Source of the DNA: Mobula hypostoma
Lineage: Eukaryota
Direction: 5' to 3'
Assembly: GCF_963921235.1 (NCBI RefSeq)
Contig: NC_086108.1
Coordinates: 17,050,001 to 17,114,000, forward strand
DNA length: 64,000 bases
Positions within the stretch are counted from its first letter, which is position 1; every line of letters starts with the position of its first letter. A program made the position numbers and the translations under genes. Positions 62,075-64,000 of the stretch are shown one piece after another. Under the pieces are notes generated by a model. The model was given only the letters and a program-made list of their open reading frames with translations, was not told the DNA's origin and did no database searches.

Positions 62075-62920
62075 TCAAGTTCTAGTTTAATTGTTATTCA
62101 ACCATACATGAATGCCCATGAATACAGCCAAATGAAACAGTGTTACTCCGGGACCACGGTGCAAAATACAGTACCAAAAGTCATACACAGCACAAGGCAC
62201 ATATACGGTAGTACATACTGTATAAGATAGGAAGCACATATAAGACAACAGTAAAATAAACTCATACAACAAAAAATGGTCCAAGTCTCTGAGTCCATTA
62301 ATGTTGCAGCAGTCTGCAGTCAAACACAATAGTGAAATTTAAGAGACTACTAGACAGGTATATGAAGCAATTTAAGGTGGGGGTTTATATGGGAGGCAGG
62401 GCTTAAGGGTCGGCACAACATTGTGGGCCATAGGGCCTGTACTGTGCTGTACTATTCTATGTTCTATGTTCTATCTAGTCTTCTGCCAAGCAAACACTGG
62501 AGGGCAGCACCAACTCCAGCTTTTAAGCCGTTGCCACACTGCCTCAGGCACTCTGCTGGAACGCACAGACTGTGTGGCTGCAAACAGGCGACACTGCAGC
62601 TTGAGGCCTAGTCCTTGCTATGACCGAGGCCATGCAGCTCCCCCGTCATTCACCTTTGCCGTTCTCCAATAAACAGTGAGTTGGATCCACAGCATTCAAC
62701 ATTAACAATGTCCAACAGGGTCTCATGATCATATGAAAAGCGACTAAGATGACCACTCACTGTTGGATAACACAACTCCTTTGCACACCCACTCCAATCC
62801 AGGCAGCAGCATATTCGCACCATGTCCAGCTCCTTCAGTTTCTCTGCCAACGAGCAACTCACTGATGGGGTAAACCTGCAGTACTTTAAATTCTCAAGGT
62901 CCAACAAGGTCCTGTGATCA
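62075..62920 (-). mobile_element. Non-autonomous LINE-derived element with a + strand CR1 3' tail nested at ~62335-62475
   Basis: SINE-like tail at 62075-62330; CR1 tail gggcctgtactgtgctgtactattctatgttctatg; YDHETLLDI remnant. Boundaries are approximate. Confidence 0.45.
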
Positions 62921-63481
62921 TAAAAATACCTTTAAAAAAATAATAGGACATTTGGTTGGCCCCACAGAAGCTGCTGCATCTGAATATGCCACCATCTTAC
63001 CAGAAGTTTCTAGTATTTCTAGTCATGCCATCAATTTATCTATCTTGCTGTGAATGCTGCAGGCATTCAGATCAAAATCATTTCATCTGGCAATTTTGCT
63101 CCTTGTGGTTCTATTTGCAGGTGTTCTCTTACGTTTGTGTGGCCTGTCCTTTCCTGTCAAATGGTGTCTACTGTTCTCCATATTGCTTTCCTGTTCTTCC
63201 AACAAATCTTTATCTTCCCAAATTTCCCTTCATCAGAACCTGAAACCTTCCCACTAACTTCAAACTATTCAGTTTACAATGTATTTAACTCTCTGTGTCA
63301 ATCTCAAACCCCAACCCTAAATATCAAACCCCAACTCTAAATACTAAAAGTAGAATTCTAACTGTAGCCCAGTTCATGTAAAGCCTTTTCCATTGGGAAA
63401 CTCCCACTTTCCCAAGTACGGGGGGTGACAGTGGCCCATGTACTGAGACCTATTTCTCCCACATCAATCTCTATGCCATGT

Positions 63482-64000
63482 AACAGACACAAAATGCTGG
63501 TAGAACACAGCAGGCCAGGCAGCATCTATAGGAAGAGGTACAGTTGACATTTCGGGCCGAGACCCTTCATCAGGACTAACTGAAAGAAGTGGTAGTAAGA
63601 GATTTGAAAATGTGGGGGAAGGGGGAGATCCGAAATGATAGGAGAAGACAGGAGGGGGAGGGATGAAGCTAAGAGCTGGGAAGTTGATTGGCTAAAGGGA
63701 AACAAAGCTAGAGACAGTCCTTCCAGGTGAGGCGACACTTCACCTGTGAGTCGACTGGTGTGATATACTGCGTCTGGTGCTCCTGGTGTGGCCTTCTGTA
63801 TATTGGTAAGACCCGATGCAGACTGGGAGACAGTTTCGCTGAACACCTACACTCTGTCCGCCAGAGGAAGCAGGATCTCCCAGTGACCACACATTTTAAT
63901 TCCACATCCCATTCCCATTCTGATATGTCAATCTATAGCCTCCTCTACTGTCGAGATGAAGCCACAATCAGGTTGGAGGAAACAACACCTTATATTCCGT
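63482..64000. mobile_element. PLE insertion with an inverted 5' pseudo-LTR followed by a + strand GIY-YIG segment; runs off the right edge
   Basis: 63482-63708 is an antisense pseudo-LTR with a hammerhead-like core at 63541-63580. 63709-64000 matches 19270-19560. Confidence 0.88.

Overview
Eukaryotic, repeat-saturated genomic DNA, most likely from a cartilaginous fish (shark or ray; inferred from the repeat families, not proven). Most of the window is nested, decayed transposons: CR1 LINEs, Rex1/Babar-type LINEs, HERO/NeSL-type RLE retrotransposons, an RTE fragment, Penelope-like elements (PLE; RT + GIY-YIG) with hammerhead ribozyme motifs, six solo-LTR-like elements, Tigger and Tc1 derivatives, tRNA-SINEs, Deu-domain SINEs and two minisatellites. 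The only host gene I can support is two phase-compatible + strand exons (~49.3-50.4 kb and 60479-60551) resembling KIAA1614; its apparent N-terminus is interrupted by two stop codons. The most unusual observations are: a solo LTR carrying an embedded tRNA-Glu-like Pol III module that a related LTR in the window lacks; PLE insertions with inverted, hammerhead-bearing ends; a minisatellite built from the CR1 3' terminus; and two large duplications (269 bp and ~1.3 kb) flanking retroelements. All family assignments come from motif recognition by eye, with no database search.
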